From: an uncultured Oscillospiraceae bacterium
GTDB lineage: Bacteria; Bacillota; Clostridia; Oscillospirales; Ruminococcaceae
Assembly (NCBI GenBank): GCA_964490175.1
Contig: CAZBAI010000002.1
Location: forward strand, 21,381 to 85,380
Direction: 5' to 3'
Length of the DNA: 64,000 nt
Of the stretch, positions 29,331-38,271 are shown one piece after another. The translations under genes and the position numbers were made by a program. The notes under the pieces are model-generated. The model saw only the letters and a program-made list of their open reading frames with translations, searched no databases and was not told the DNA's origin. Every line of letters begins with the position of its first letter. Within the stretch, counting starts at the first letter, position 1.

Positions 29331-30224
29331 TTAAGACAGTTTTGATTTGAGCCGTCTTTTTTTGTATTCTTCAAGCGGAAAGCCGTTTGAAATGTTCATC
29401 ATTGTAAGCATTGCGAAAATGAACGCCTGCAAGCATCCGCTGAAAACATCAAAATATATCGAAAGCACAGCCGGAATACCGATTTGAAATATCGGAAAAT
29501 CGGCCAATGTACCGGGCAGAGAGCCGAGTACCAGTGACGAAAGCGCACCGAGTGCCGCTGAAAGCAAAACGGATATCACCGTTCCCGAAAGGACGTTGCC
29601 GTAATGACGAAAGGTCATCGAAATCGGGGTGGAAAGCTCGCTTATCAGATTTATCGGCGCAAGCAGCGGCACAGGCTCTGTCAGCCCTTTTAAGTAATAT
29701 AACGGGCCGCATTTGAGCTTGTAGTACATTATCAATATAAAAACGAGAATTGCCCAGCCGCCGACAATGTTTACATCCGAAGTCGGTGCAAACAGCCCGA
29801 AAAGCGACAAAAGGCTTGAAAATGCGGAAAGCGCCAAAATCGATATGACAAACGGCGAATAGCCCGCAAAGTATTCGCCCATATTGTCCATAACGAGAGC
29901 GTCAACCTTTTCAACGATAAGCTCGGCAAAGTGTTGCCTTTTCAGCACGATATGCTCGGACATGCCGTGAGTAAGGTAAAGGCATATAAAGAAAACCGAT
30001 ACAATTACGATAACAGAGTTTACCTGCGCTTCGGTTATCGGCAGATTTTGAATCGGCATTTTTATTGTGAAGTAAATTCGTGCCCCTGTCAGAGTAATGC
30101 CTTCGGTTTTCGGCTTTGTCAGCACGCAAAGTACAATTCCGCACAAAATCGGCAAAATCATCATAATTATATAGAATATATCCAGCGCTTTGAATTTTCG
30201 GCTGAGAGTTTGCAATTTTTTCAC
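29331..30224 (-). CDS. atpB: Fo ATP synthase a subunit
   Basis: The 297-aa polytopic protein carries the conserved Arg region ISMTFRHYGNVLSG. Confidence 0.9.
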   Translation of the reverse strand: MKKLQTLSRKFKALDIFYIIMMILPILCGIVLCVLTKPKTEGITLTGARIYFTIKMPIQNLPITEAQVNSVIVIVSVFFICLYLTHGMSEHIVLKRQHFAELIVEKVDALVMDNMGEYFAGYSPFVISILALSAFSSLLSLFGLFAPTSDVNIVGGWAILVFILIMYYKLKCGPLYYLKGLTEPVPLLAPINLISELSTPISMTFRHYGNVLSGTVISVLLSAALGALSSLVLGSLPGTLADFPIFQIGIPAVLSIYFDVFSGCLQAFIFAMLTMMNISNGFPLEEYKKRRLKSKLS

Positions 30225-30242
30225 CTCTGTATGTTATGCGCC

Positions 30243-30632
30243 TTATTTTTTTAAAAAAAACATCTTCATTCCGATAGCGATTCTCGGAAAAACAAGCGGA
30301 ATGAGCAGTGCTATTGTGTTAAATATCGGAGCGAGAGTGCCGATTGCGGCAATTATTATCAGCAGCAAATAACGCAGACTTTGCGAAAGTTTAACGGTGT
30401 TTGCAGCTTCCTTTTCATCCTTTGTCACTGCGGATTGAATTGTCAATCCCATAAGATAAAAATTAGCAACAGCGGAAAAAAGTCCGAGAAGATTCCCGAG
30501 AATAACGGTATAATCCCATTTGCCGATAATCAAAAAAACCGACTGCATAACCGCACTCAAAATAAGCCCTGTCAGCGCAATGTATTTGGTTTCGTCGATT
30601 ACGGCAGGCTGAACGTTTTTAAACAGCTTCAT
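30243..30632 (-). CDS. atpI: ATP synthase protein I (AtpI-like small membrane protein)
   Basis: The 129-aa protein has 4 TM segments and is the first gene of the atp operon. Confidence 0.7.
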   Translation of the reverse strand: MKLFKNVQPAVIDETKYIALTGLILSAVMQSVFLIIGKWDYTVILGNLLGLFSAVANFYLMGLTIQSAVTKDEKEAANTVKLSQSLRYLLLIIIAAIGTLAPIFNTIALLIPLVFPRIAIGMKMFFLKK

Positions 30633-30768
30633 ATCCTTGTCACCTCACAAAACAAGAGTAATAAGGCAACCGCCTGTCTGTATGTTAAGATTTTATCACT
30701 CATGCTTACTTTATGCAATATTTTAATTTTTAAACTTTTGTTACTTTAAAAATGTTTAAATCAAAAAA

Positions 30769-31320
30769 TCAAATTTCAAGACTGTGCTTTGCATATGTCG
30801 AAAAGTCGGCAAGGTTTTTCCATTCAAAAATTTTGCCGTCAAAGGTCATGTAGCTGTGTGGCGAGCCTTCTTTCGGGATTGAAACCGAGCCGGGATTCAT
30901 GTATATAAATGTATCGTGAATTTCCGATTTCGGAATATGCGTGTGTCCGCAAAGCAAAATATCGCCGTATTTAAGCGTTGCTATCGATTCTTGATTTATT
31001 TTGTGCCCGTGTGTTGCGTAAATAACGTTATTGCCCGATGCAATCACGGCATATTCGGCGAGGATGGGAAATTCAAGCACCATTTGGTCAACCTCGCTGT
31101 CGCAGTTGCCTCTAACGCATAAAATCTCATGCTTTATGCTGTTAAGCATTTTCAAAACCTGTTTTGGGTCATATTTTTCGGGCAAATCGTTTCTCGGTCC
31201 GTGATAGAGCAAATCGCCGAGCAAGAGCATTCTGTCGGCGTTTTCTTTTTTATAAGCGCAAAGCAGCATTTCGCAATAATGCGCCGAGCCGTGAATATCG
31301 GAGGCAATTAACCATTTCAT
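30769..31320 (-). CDS. YfcE/MJ0936-family metallophosphoesterase
   Basis: The sequence contains MKWLIASDIHGS...LLLGDLLYHGPRN...VRGNCD...THGH...GHTH. I prefer the ATG at 31320, after GGAGA, over the track start. Confidence 0.85.
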   Translation of the reverse strand: MKWLIASDIHGSAHYCEMLLCAYKKENADRMLLLGDLLYHGPRNDLPEKYDPKQVLKMLNSIKHEILCVRGNCDSEVDQMVLEFPILAEYAVIASGNNVIYATHGHKINQESIATLKYGDILLCGHTHIPKSEIHDTFIYMNPGSVSIPKEGSPHSYMTFDGKIFEWKNLADFSTYAKHSLEI

Positions 31321-31331
31321 AAAATTTCTCC

Positions 31332-32666
31332 TCAAATTACAACATCGATTTTATCGATATTGCAGTGTTTTAAAAGTTTGATATCGTTTTGCGTGATTAT
31401 TTCGCCGCTGATAACAACAGGCACGGCAGGCGGGCAGGAAACAAGCGGCATGGCGCAAATTTTACCTAATGCGTCATCTATTGCAACGCTTTTGTGTTTT
31501 GAAAGCATTGCCTGCCTGATTGAAAGTGCGACTTCGTGCTTTTGCGTATACATCGGTGCGGAAAAAGTCGGCGTGTGTTTTTTAACGCTTAAAAGCGCAC
31601 AATACAGCCTTTCAAAGTCGTTATCCGTATTGAAAGGCGATGTCATCATAACAAGATAATCATCATCGGCAAATTCATGTTCAATGCCGTGCTTTTTCAG
31701 CGTATCGCAAAGCTCGGTTGATACAAAGCCGGTTTTTTTTATGTCGATCACAATTTTTAACTTTTCGCCCATTAGAATGCAAATGCTGTTTTCTTTTAAA
31801 CGCTTTTTTAAATCATCGATTTTTGCAATGCATTTATTTAAGTCATTTGCAAAATGATTTTCAAGATAATCATTGCACGAATCAAGCGACTGCAAAATCA
31901 AATATGAAGGACTTGTCGAAGCAAAAAGCGAAAGCGCCGAGCGTGCGTTTTGGCAATAATGCGCCGAATTTTTTGAAATATGCAGATATGCACCGCCGGT
32001 TAAAACAGGTAGCGTTTTGTGTGCCGAATCACAGCAGATATCCGCACCGAGGTTTATAGGGTGCAAATTTTCATTTGAAAATGCAAGATATGCGCCGTGC
32101 GCATTATCGACCAGCAGGGGAATGCCGTGATTTTTGCAAACAGCCGCAATTGCTTTGATATCGAGAATGTGACCTAAATAATCGGGCGATGTTACAAATA
32201 CCGCATCAAATAAATCGCCCGATTCGGCAAGTGCGTTTTCGACATCTGCCGCATTGATGTGAGCAGAGCATATGTGGCTTGAAGCTTTTGGGTATATCCA
32301 GCTGATTTGCAAATCAAGCAATGCCGCTGAGTGCACAAAGGCTTTGTGCACATTTCTTGCCGCAAGTATGTGCGTTTTGCCAAGCGGCTTATCCATAGCG
32401 ATTATCGCAAGCATGGCGTTTATGCAAAGCGACGAGCCTTGTGTTGAATAATAGGTGTGCGCCGTGCCAAACAGTTGAGATGCATTATCTTCGCTTTGCT
32501 TGATTATGCCGATATCGTCGCTGTAAAGTACATCTGCACCGCCTATTTCGGTGATATCAAGCGCTTCACAGCCCAATATGTTTTTGCCCTTGTGCCCCGG
32601 CATATGCATTCTTACCGGCTGTGACAAAGCATAATTTTGCACAAAATCACAAATCGGTTTATTCAT
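31332..32666 (-). CDS. PLP-dependent Orn/Lys/Arg decarboxylase family protein (SpeA/YaaO-like)
   Basis: The sequence is colinear with B. subtilis SpeA as I recall it (MHMPGHKG, GIIKQSEDNASQLFG, YYSTQGSS, ARNVHKA, LVDNAHGA, DSAHKTLPVLTG). The preferred ATG at 32666 overlaps the scfB stop (GAAAATGAATAA). Confidence 0.8.
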   Translation of the reverse strand: MNKPICDFVQNYALSQPVRMHMPGHKGKNILGCEALDITEIGGADVLYSDDIGIIKQSEDNASQLFGTAHTYYSTQGSSLCINAMLAIIAMDKPLGKTHILAARNVHKAFVHSAALLDLQISWIYPKASSHICSAHINAADVENALAESGDLFDAVFVTSPDYLGHILDIKAIAAVCKNHGIPLLVDNAHGAYLAFSNENLHPINLGADICCDSAHKTLPVLTGGAYLHISKNSAHYCQNARSALSLFASTSPSYLILQSLDSCNDYLENHFANDLNKCIAKIDDLKKRLKENSICILMGEKLKIVIDIKKTGFVSTELCDTLKKHGIEHEFADDDYLVMMTSPFNTDNDFERLYCALLSVKKHTPTFSAPMYTQKHEVALSIRQAMLSKHKSVAIDDALGKICAMPLVSCPPAVPVVISGEIITQNDIKLLKHCNIDKIDVVI

Positions 32667-34038
32667 TTTCTTCCGATTGTGCAACCTGAAGCATTACGGC
32701 GCATTCGATTCTTTTCTTGAAAAGCTCACAGCCGTATTTATAAACGCCGTTGACGCTACCTGTTGCGTGATAAGCGTTTGCGGCACAACCGCCCGAACAA
32801 TAAAGCTTTGCCCAGCAGGATTTACATTCTTCCTTTGCGTATGCATTGCACTTTCTGAATTGCTCCTGCACCTGCGTGTTTGTAACGCCATCGAATATAT
32901 TGCCCAAGCTGTATTTTCCATCACCGACAAATTGGTGACAGGGGAAAAGTTCGCCCCACGGGGTGACTGCCATATATTCCGTTCCCGAACCGCAGCCTGT
33001 AATGCGCTTGTATATGCACGGACCGTTTTTCAAATCGAGCATATAGTGATAAAATGTAAACGGACGACCTTGTTTTCGGCGCTTTAGCATTTCCTTTGCA
33101 AGAATTTCATATTGCTCGAAAAGCACGGGCAAATCTTCATCGGTTAGGGCGTATGGGTCGTTTGGCGGGCAAACCACAGGTTCCATGCTAAGCTCGGTAA
33201 AGCCTAAATCCGCCATATGAAATAAATCGTTTGTAAAATCGATGTTGCTGTGGGTAAACGTCCCCCTCATATAGTAATCCTTGCCGCCTCGCTTTTCGAC
33301 AAGGCGTTTGAATTTCGGTACAATCGTGTCATAACTGCCCTTGCCGCTGTAATCAACACGAAAACGGTCGTTTGTTTCTTTTCTGCCGTCAAGGCTCAAA
33401 ACAACATTGCTCATTTCCTTATTTAAAAAGTCGATAATTTCGTCATCTAAAAGCACGCCGTTTGTTGTGAGAGTGAAGCGAAAATTCTTGTTGTGCTGTT
33501 TTTCAATGCTTCTTGCGTAGGCGACCAGTTGCTTTACGACTTCAATGTTCATCAAAGGCTCGCCGCCGAAAAAGTCAACTTCAAGGTTGCGGCGTGTGCC
33601 GGAATTTTCAATAAGAAAATCAAAAGCACGTTTGCCGACTTCAAATGACATAAGCGCACGTTCGCCTTGATATTTGCCTTGGCTTGCAAAGCAATATGAG
33701 CAGTTGAGGTTGCAGGTGTGTGAGATATGCAGGCAAAGCGCCTTAATAATGCGGCTGTTGTTTTTATAGTCATATGCGAGTTTCTCAAATTCATCTTCCG
33801 AGAAAAGCAAGCCGTTTTCTTCAAGCTCTTTTATATCATTTAAGCATTCTTCGATTTCTTCTCGGGTGACATCCGGCAAATCTTTATATTTTTTTAAAAT
33901 TGTCGAAATGATTTCGCTTTCGCTTTCGGTTTTAAAAAGCGATATTATGTCATATGCAACATCGTCAACACTGTGCACCGAACCGCTGCACGTATCAAGC
34001 ACAATGTTGTATCCGTTTAATTTATACTGATGTACCAT
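32659..34038 (-). CDS. scfB: SCIFF radical SAM maturase (SPASM-domain)
   Basis: The sequence begins MVHQYKLNGYNIVLDTCSGSVHSVDD.... It has the radical-SAM motif CNLNCSYC and a C-terminal SPASM Cys cluster (CGSG...C...C..C....C.GGC). It lies directly downstream of a SCIFF peptide gene. The start at 34038 follows GTGAGGA. Confidence 0.9.
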   Translation of the reverse strand: MVHQYKLNGYNIVLDTCSGSVHSVDDVAYDIISLFKTESESEIISTILKKYKDLPDVTREEIEECLNDIKELEENGLLFSEDEFEKLAYDYKNNSRIIKALCLHISHTCNLNCSYCFASQGKYQGERALMSFEVGKRAFDFLIENSGTRRNLEVDFFGGEPLMNIEVVKQLVAYARSIEKQHNKNFRFTLTTNGVLLDDEIIDFLNKEMSNVVLSLDGRKETNDRFRVDYSGKGSYDTIVPKFKRLVEKRGGKDYYMRGTFTHSNIDFTNDLFHMADLGFTELSMEPVVCPPNDPYALTDEDLPVLFEQYEILAKEMLKRRKQGRPFTFYHYMLDLKNGPCIYKRITGCGSGTEYMAVTPWGELFPCHQFVGDGKYSLGNIFDGVTNTQVQEQFRKCNAYAKEECKSCWAKLYCSGGCAANAYHATGSVNGVYKYGCELFKKRIECAVMLQVAQSEENE

Positions 34039-34167
34039 TTGATTCCTCACTTTATAATGACGGGGCAAGCCCCTTATTGAATGATAGGACAAGCCCTTTA
34101 TTGAAATTAAAACTAAAACGCCGCCTTTATATTAAAGACAGCGTTTTTTTGAATGTTCACAAAAGAT

Positions 34168-34317
34168 TTACTTGTTGTTTTTGTTTTCACACTTCTGATT
34201 TGCAACGCCGCATGATGTTTTGCAGGCAGACTGGCACGAGGTCTGGCATTCGCCGCAGCCGCCGGTCTTAACTGTATTTGTGACGTTTCTTGTTTCAATA
34301 GTTTTGATTCTCTTCAT
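34168..34317 (-). CDS. scfA: SCIFF (six-cysteines-in-forty-five) ranthipeptide precursor
   Basis: The 49-aa ORF is below the track cutoff: MKRIKTIETRNVTNTVKTGGCGECQTSCQSACKTSCGVANQKCENKNNK. It matches the canonical GGCGECQTSCQSACKTSC core. AAGGAG RBS upstream. Confidence 0.9.
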   Translation of the reverse strand: MKRIKTIETRNVTNTVKTGGCGECQTSCQSACKTSCGVANQKCENKNNK

Positions 34318-34376
34318 CGGAAAATACTCCTTTTTATATTATTGAGCGATTTGTAAAGCTCTTTAGCTCTTTACGT

Positions 34377-34405
34377 ATTCTAACATATTACTTTAAAATT
34401 GTCAA
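34377..34405 (-). promoter_or_regulatory. Sigma70-like promoter of scfA
   Basis: On the minus strand: TTGACA (34400-34405), a 17-nt spacer, then TAGAAT (34377-34382). Confidence 0.55.
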
Positions 34406-34446
34406 TAGCAAATCCGCACCGTATTTATCAATAAAAAGTAATTTTA

Positions 34447-35592
34447 TTACTGCAAAGAGATTTCGTCGCTGTGCGCTTCGTATAACGGAAGCGAGCCTAC
34501 AATCATTGTATCATAATCTCCGCAATCGTCAACACCGTTTGATGTCCACACAAAAATGCCGTCCCATCCGTTGTCGTAAGCGCCCTGATATTTTTCAAGT
34601 GCATCGCCTTGATCATCGGAAGCGGGGCATTCGCCGATTACGCTTGGGCGATCGTTTGAAAGTCCGAAGGCTTCCGGCGAGTTTTCATATGCAGTGCCGT
34701 ACCATTGTGACTGCCAGCTGTAATAATGCGTTGAATAAAAATCAAGATATCCCAAATCGCTGCCGGATTCTTGAATCAACAATTCATCGCAAACCATGTT
34801 TCCGCTTCGCATATCCGAGTTGTATTTAACAGTGGCAATGCCGACCGTTACAAGAACATCTGTGCTTTCATGAATTGCGGCGGCGCTTTTGCCGAAATAG
34901 CTTGCCATATATTCCCAGCCGATGTTGCCGCATTCGGAGTTTTCATAAACCCAATCCGGCTCATTCATAAGGTCAATGCTCCATAAATAAGGGTTATCGT
35001 CATATCTTTCCGCAAACGGCTTGATATAGCCTTGAACAAAGCTGTCGATATTATCATCGCTCATTATCATGTTCCGCCAGCAGGAATAATTTCTGTTAGA
35101 GGACTTGAAGTGGTCGAATGAAAGCATTGTCGCCATTATGTAAATTCCGTGTTTTTTGGCAATTTCAAAAAGGGCGTCGCAGTCGTTCCAGTGCTTGTCG
35201 GTGACTTCTTTGAAGCTACCGTCGGCATTTAGTTTTACACCGATCATATCACTGCAATTAAACCATATTCTGCATGAATTTATGCCGGCTTTTTTTAAAT
35301 CGGCAAAATGCCCGTCCCAAAAAGCTTCGTCAAAATCACCGCCGAAATCGTTCCAGTTATCCCAAGGGGCATTTGCTCCGTTAAACCAAATTTTGTTGCC
35401 GTTTCTGTAAAAATCCGTTCCGTCAACGGTGATTGTCAGCTCGTCGATTTGAGCTTCGGTGAGATTTACAGTCGATGAGCTTGAAGCGTCGCTTTCGCTC
35501 TTGTCGCCATCGGCGCAAGCGCATAAATTTGCACAAATTGCGAATGCAAGTGTTAACGCAGTCGCTTTTTTAATAATTTTTGAAAATTCCAT
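34447..35592 (-). CDS. Glycoside hydrolase family 5 lipoprotein (beta-mannanase-like)
   Basis: The preferred start gives MEFSKIIKKATALTLAFAICANLCACADG, a lipobox. It has the GH5 acid/base motif WSIDLMNEPDW, plus FYSTHYYSW and a nucleophile region IGECP. Confidence 0.75.
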   Translation of the reverse strand: MEFSKIIKKATALTLAFAICANLCACADGDKSESDASSSSTVNLTEAQIDELTITVDGTDFYRNGNKIWFNGANAPWDNWNDFGGDFDEAFWDGHFADLKKAGINSCRIWFNCSDMIGVKLNADGSFKEVTDKHWNDCDALFEIAKKHGIYIMATMLSFDHFKSSNRNYSCWRNMIMSDDNIDSFVQGYIKPFAERYDDNPYLWSIDLMNEPDWVYENSECGNIGWEYMASYFGKSAAAIHESTDVLVTVGIATVKYNSDMRSGNMVCDELLIQESGSDLGYLDFYSTHYYSWQSQWYGTAYENSPEAFGLSNDRPSVIGECPASDDQGDALEKYQGAYDNGWDGIFVWTSNGVDDCGDYDTMIVGSLPLYEAHSDEISLQ

Positions 35593-35738
35593 CAAATATT
35601 TTGACTTTTCAATATATACAATATAGAAAAGCCGAGAACTCCTTTCGCATAATATCAACATATTGACTATGATAACACATATCGGAGCGCATTTCAAGGT
35701 TAATATAAAATTTAACAAATATTTATTTAAAAAAAGTG

Positions 35739-35767
35739 TTGACAAATCTCAAACGGTGTGATATAAT
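35739..35767 (+). promoter_or_regulatory. Sigma70-like promoter of the second LRR lipoprotein gene
   Basis: TTGACA (35739-35744), a 17-nt spacer, then an extended -10 TGaTATAAT (35759-35767). Confidence 0.55.
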
Positions 35768-35833
35768 GTTCTAACGTAAGCGGAACAAATGTGCGCTGCG
35801 TTGAGGAGCTGTCAGAGAATTAGAGGAGCTGTT

Positions 35834-36646
35834 ATGATAAATAAGCGTTATTTTGCTGTATTGTTATCTGCCTTTCTTCTCACGTTTTCCCTCGCTTCTT
35901 GCAAAGCTTCTTCCGATACTGACGATGACGGCTTTAATACCGATGTCGTCGTTTCCGATGCTGTCGATTATAACGTTGAGGATATTCCGGCAGCACCCTC
36001 TTCGGATTTCGCTTATGTCGTGAGTGATTCAAAGGTTTTTATCACTCGTTATAACGGTCACGCCGCCGAGGTGGCGGTTCCGTCGCAAATTGATGAAATG
36101 CAGGTTACTTCAATACTTTCATCTGCATTTTTCGGAAATGAAGAACTGTGTGCGATAGTTATACCCGAGGGTGTTACCTCAATTAAAGACAACGCCTTTT
36201 ACGATTGCTCGTCGCTTGTGTTTGTTTCACTTCCCTCAACGCTTGATTTGCTCGGTGAAAGTGTTTTTGCCAATTGCACTTCGCTTCAATCGCTTACATT
36301 GCCGAGTCGCATTTCTCAAATACCCAAGCGTTGTTTTTACGGCTGTACTTCGCTGAAAGAAGTAGTAATGGGTTCTCATGTCGGTCATATCGGTGATTAT
36401 GCGTTTGCTGAGTGTGATTCGATTGTAGGTTTATCATTGTCTGATACAATTGTTTCAATCGGTGAATTTGCCTTTTTCAACTGTGAGAATTTATCTGCCG
36501 TTCAATTTTACGGCGACACCGTGTTCGCTAAAACCACGTTTTTGCAAACGCCGCAACTCACGCTTTATGTAAACAAAGGCTCACAGCCATATGAGCTTGC
36601 TACTCAATACCACATATCATATATGGTCAATAACACGATATCTTAA
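35834..36646 (+). CDS. BspA-type leucine-rich-repeat lipoprotein
   Basis: The sequence begins MINKRYFAVLLSAFLLTFSLASC (lipobox) and continues with LRR_5-type repeats. The start at 35834 follows GAGGAG. Confidence 0.8.
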   Translation: MINKRYFAVLLSAFLLTFSLASCKASSDTDDDGFNTDVVVSDAVDYNVEDIPAAPSSDFAYVVSDSKVFITRYNGHAAEVAVPSQIDEMQVTSILSSAFFGNEELCAIVIPEGVTSIKDNAFYDCSSLVFVSLPSTLDLLGESVFANCTSLQSLTLPSRISQIPKRCFYGCTSLKEVVMGSHVGHIGDYAFAECDSIVGLSLSDTIVSIGEFAFFNCENLSAVQFYGDTVFAKTTFLQTPQLTLYVNKGSQPYELATQYHISYMVNNTIS

Positions 36647-36668
36647 CGGCTAAGCCGCTAAAATATAT

Positions 36669-36745
36669 GTGCCCGTAGCTCAGCCGGATAGAGTGACTGG
36701 CTACGAACCAGTAGGTCAGGGGTTCGAATCCCTTCGGGCACGCCA
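36669..36745 (+). tRNA. tRNA-Arg (anticodon ACG)
   Basis: The 77-nt sequence GTGCCCGTAGCTCAGCCGGATAGAGTGACTGGCTACGAACCAGTAGGTCAGGGGTTCGAATCCCTTCGGGCACGCCA folds as a cloverleaf. The anticodon loop is CTACGAA, the T-loop is GTTCGAATC, and CCA is encoded. Confidence 0.95.
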
Positions 36746-36767
36746 GCAACCGCACGTTGCACGAATT

Positions 36768-36804
36768 TCGGATTTTGCTTTGCAAAGTCCGATTTTTGTT
36801 TTTG
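36768..36804 (+). terminator. Intrinsic terminator after tRNA-Arg
   Basis: TCGGATTTTGC pairs with GCAAAGTCCGA, followed by TTTTTGTTTTTG. Confidence 0.75.
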
Positions 36805-36914
36805 CCACGAAGATTTTACCTTTTTGCGCTTTTTATCTAAGCTTTATTTATGCTGTGCAATTTGTAAAGCCAAGATAAATATGCTGAATTTTACGTTAAA
36901 TTTACTTTTGCCTA

Positions 36915-36943
36915 TTGCAAAATGTAAAATTCTGTGTTACAAT
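36915..36943 (+). promoter_or_regulatory. Sigma70-like promoter of the riboswitch-led operon
   Basis: TTGCAA (36915-36920), a 17-nt spacer, then an extended -10 TGtTACAAT (36935-36943). Confidence 0.5.
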
Positions 36944-36965
36944 ATTACAAATTTAATATGATAAC

Positions 36966-37170
36966 AGAAGATACGGTTTGAAAAGTTGTTTGCTGAGTAA
37001 ATGTAAAAGGAAATCCGGTTCGAGCCCGGAACAACCGCCATTACTGTATTTGATGGATTTAGCTTGCTTTCATGCTTTTGGGCTTTGTTGATGTGTGCCC
37101 TGAAAAGCTAAGCTTTTTGCGGTATGTTTTTACCGCTGTCATCATAAGTCAGGAACCTGCCGTGTCTTTT
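36966..37170 (+). promoter_or_regulatory. Cobalamin (B12) riboswitch aptamer
   Basis: The core AAAAGGAAATCCGGTTCGAGCCCGGAACAACCGCCATTACTGTA (~37005-37048) resembles the conserved GGGAA..GGUG..UCC..GC.G.CCCGC.ACUGUA region. The B12-box-like AAGTCAGGAACCTGCCG lies at 37146-37162. A closing P1 candidate pairs 36968-36977 with 37160-37169. The downstream genes are cobalamin-associated families. Confidence 0.65.
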
Positions 37171-37293
37171 TCGGGTCAACACAGCTTTGGTGTGAAGAGT
37201 GCAACCGGTTTATCAAACTGAAAATTCGGCTTTGTATTTTGCATCTTCACTCAATATACAGCTGCTGTGTTTTTTGTTCGGTTTATCAGTTGT

Positions 37294-37332
37294 GCCCTGT
37301 CAGCCATTTTTACGGTTGACAGGGCTTTTTTG
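37294..37332 (+). terminator. Intrinsic terminator in the riboswitch expression platform
   Basis: GCCCTGTCA (37294-37302) pairs with TGACAGGGC (37317-37325), followed by TTTTTTG. It lies 58 nt upstream of the first ORF. Confidence 0.7.
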
Positions 37333-37389
37333 TTTAAAAACAGTGATTTGGTTATCTGCCGATTTTAATATGAATGGGGGAAATGTGAA

Positions 37390-38271
37390 ATGAACGGATT
37401 TGAGCGCACTCATCCGGCTGTTTTGGCGCTGTATTTTGTTTCTGTTATGCTCATTGTTATGTTTTCTTCAAACCCTTTTTTGAATATTATAGCGCTCATC
37501 GGTGCGCTTTCGTTTTATATATCATTGAATTTCGGCGCACATCTTGTAAAAGAACTCGGCTTTTCGGCTTTGCTGTTTTTGCTCGTTGCGCTGTCAAATC
37601 CCTTATTTTCGCACAAAGGCTCTACCGTTTTGTTTTTCTTTAACAATAATCCCATAACGCTTGAATCAACGCTTTGCGGAATCGGCAATGCAATTATGCT
37701 CAGTGCCGTTATATACTGGTTTAAATGCTTAAATTCGGTCTTGAATTGCGAAAAGCTTTTGTACCTGATCGGCGGCTTTGCCCCGAAAACCGCCTTGATT
37801 ATATCCTCGTCACTGCGGTTTATTCCGCTTTTTAAATCACAAGGCGAAAAGATTCAAAATGCACAGATTACAATGGGGCTGTATTCAAGTGACGCTTGGA
37901 TCGATAAACTTTTCGGCAATGCACGTGTTTGCTCGGCGCTTATCACACAAAGTCTTGAAAATGCCGTTGATACAGGCAATTCGATGAAAGCACGTGGATA
38001 CGGCTTGAAGCCGAGGACGCATTATTTATTTTGCCCTTTCAGGTTTCGTGATGCCGTAATGCTTGTATTGCTGATTTTGGTTGATTTTTTTCTGTTTTAT
38101 TCGCTGTATATGGGTGATTTTGAATTTATGTTTTATCCGCAGATTATTTATGCGTTTCCGAGTGTTTTGTCCGTTTTTGCGTATATATTGTTTGCGCTAT
38201 TGTGTCTGTTGCCGATTTTTTTGAGGATTAAGGAGGAGCTTGTATGGATATATTGCAAATCGAAAATTTAA
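37390..38271 (+). CDS. ECF transporter transmembrane (T) component, CbiQ/EcfT family
   Basis: The 293-aa polytopic protein carries the coupling-helix A-R-G motif (SMKARGYG). It overlaps the next gene by 28 nt. Confidence 0.8.
   Translation: MNGFERTHPAVLALYFVSVMLIVMFSSNPFLNIIALIGALSFYISLNFGAHLVKELGFSALLFLLVALSNPLFSHKGSTVLFFFNNNPITLESTLCGIGNAIMLSAVIYWFKCLNSVLNCEKLLYLIGGFAPKTALIISSSLRFIPLFKSQGEKIQNAQITMGLYSSDAWIDKLFGNARVCSALITQSLENAVDTGNSMKARGYGLKPRTHYLFCPFRFRDAVMLVLLILVDFFLFYSLYMGDFEFMFYPQIIYAFPSVLSVFAYILFALLCLLPIFLRIKEELVWIYCKSKI

Noticed and set aside
35593-35745. A 51-codon N-terminal extension of the GH5 ORF. Similar extensions occur for tex (14383), the StnC-like gene (52793), scfB (34092), yfcE-like (31335), the LRR gene (35789) and the S component (39709).
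   Set aside because: In each case an internal start is preceded by a good RBS. That start yields the expected N-terminus (a signal peptide, lipobox or conserved family start), and the extensions overlap upstream genes or promoters.
35802-35832. A direct repeat GAGGAGCTGT x2 in the 5' UTR of the second LRR lipoprotein gene.
   Set aside because: The second copy is simply the RBS of the ATG at 35834. The first has no following start codon. This is too little evidence for a regulatory role.
36669-36878. A 69-aa ORF starting at the tRNA-Arg 5' end.
   Set aside because: It is the tRNA-Arg gene plus its terminator read as protein.
37199-37393. A 64-aa ORF between the B12 aptamer and the first ECF gene.
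   Set aside because: It lies in the riboswitch expression platform, spans the intrinsic terminator hairpin and has no RBS.
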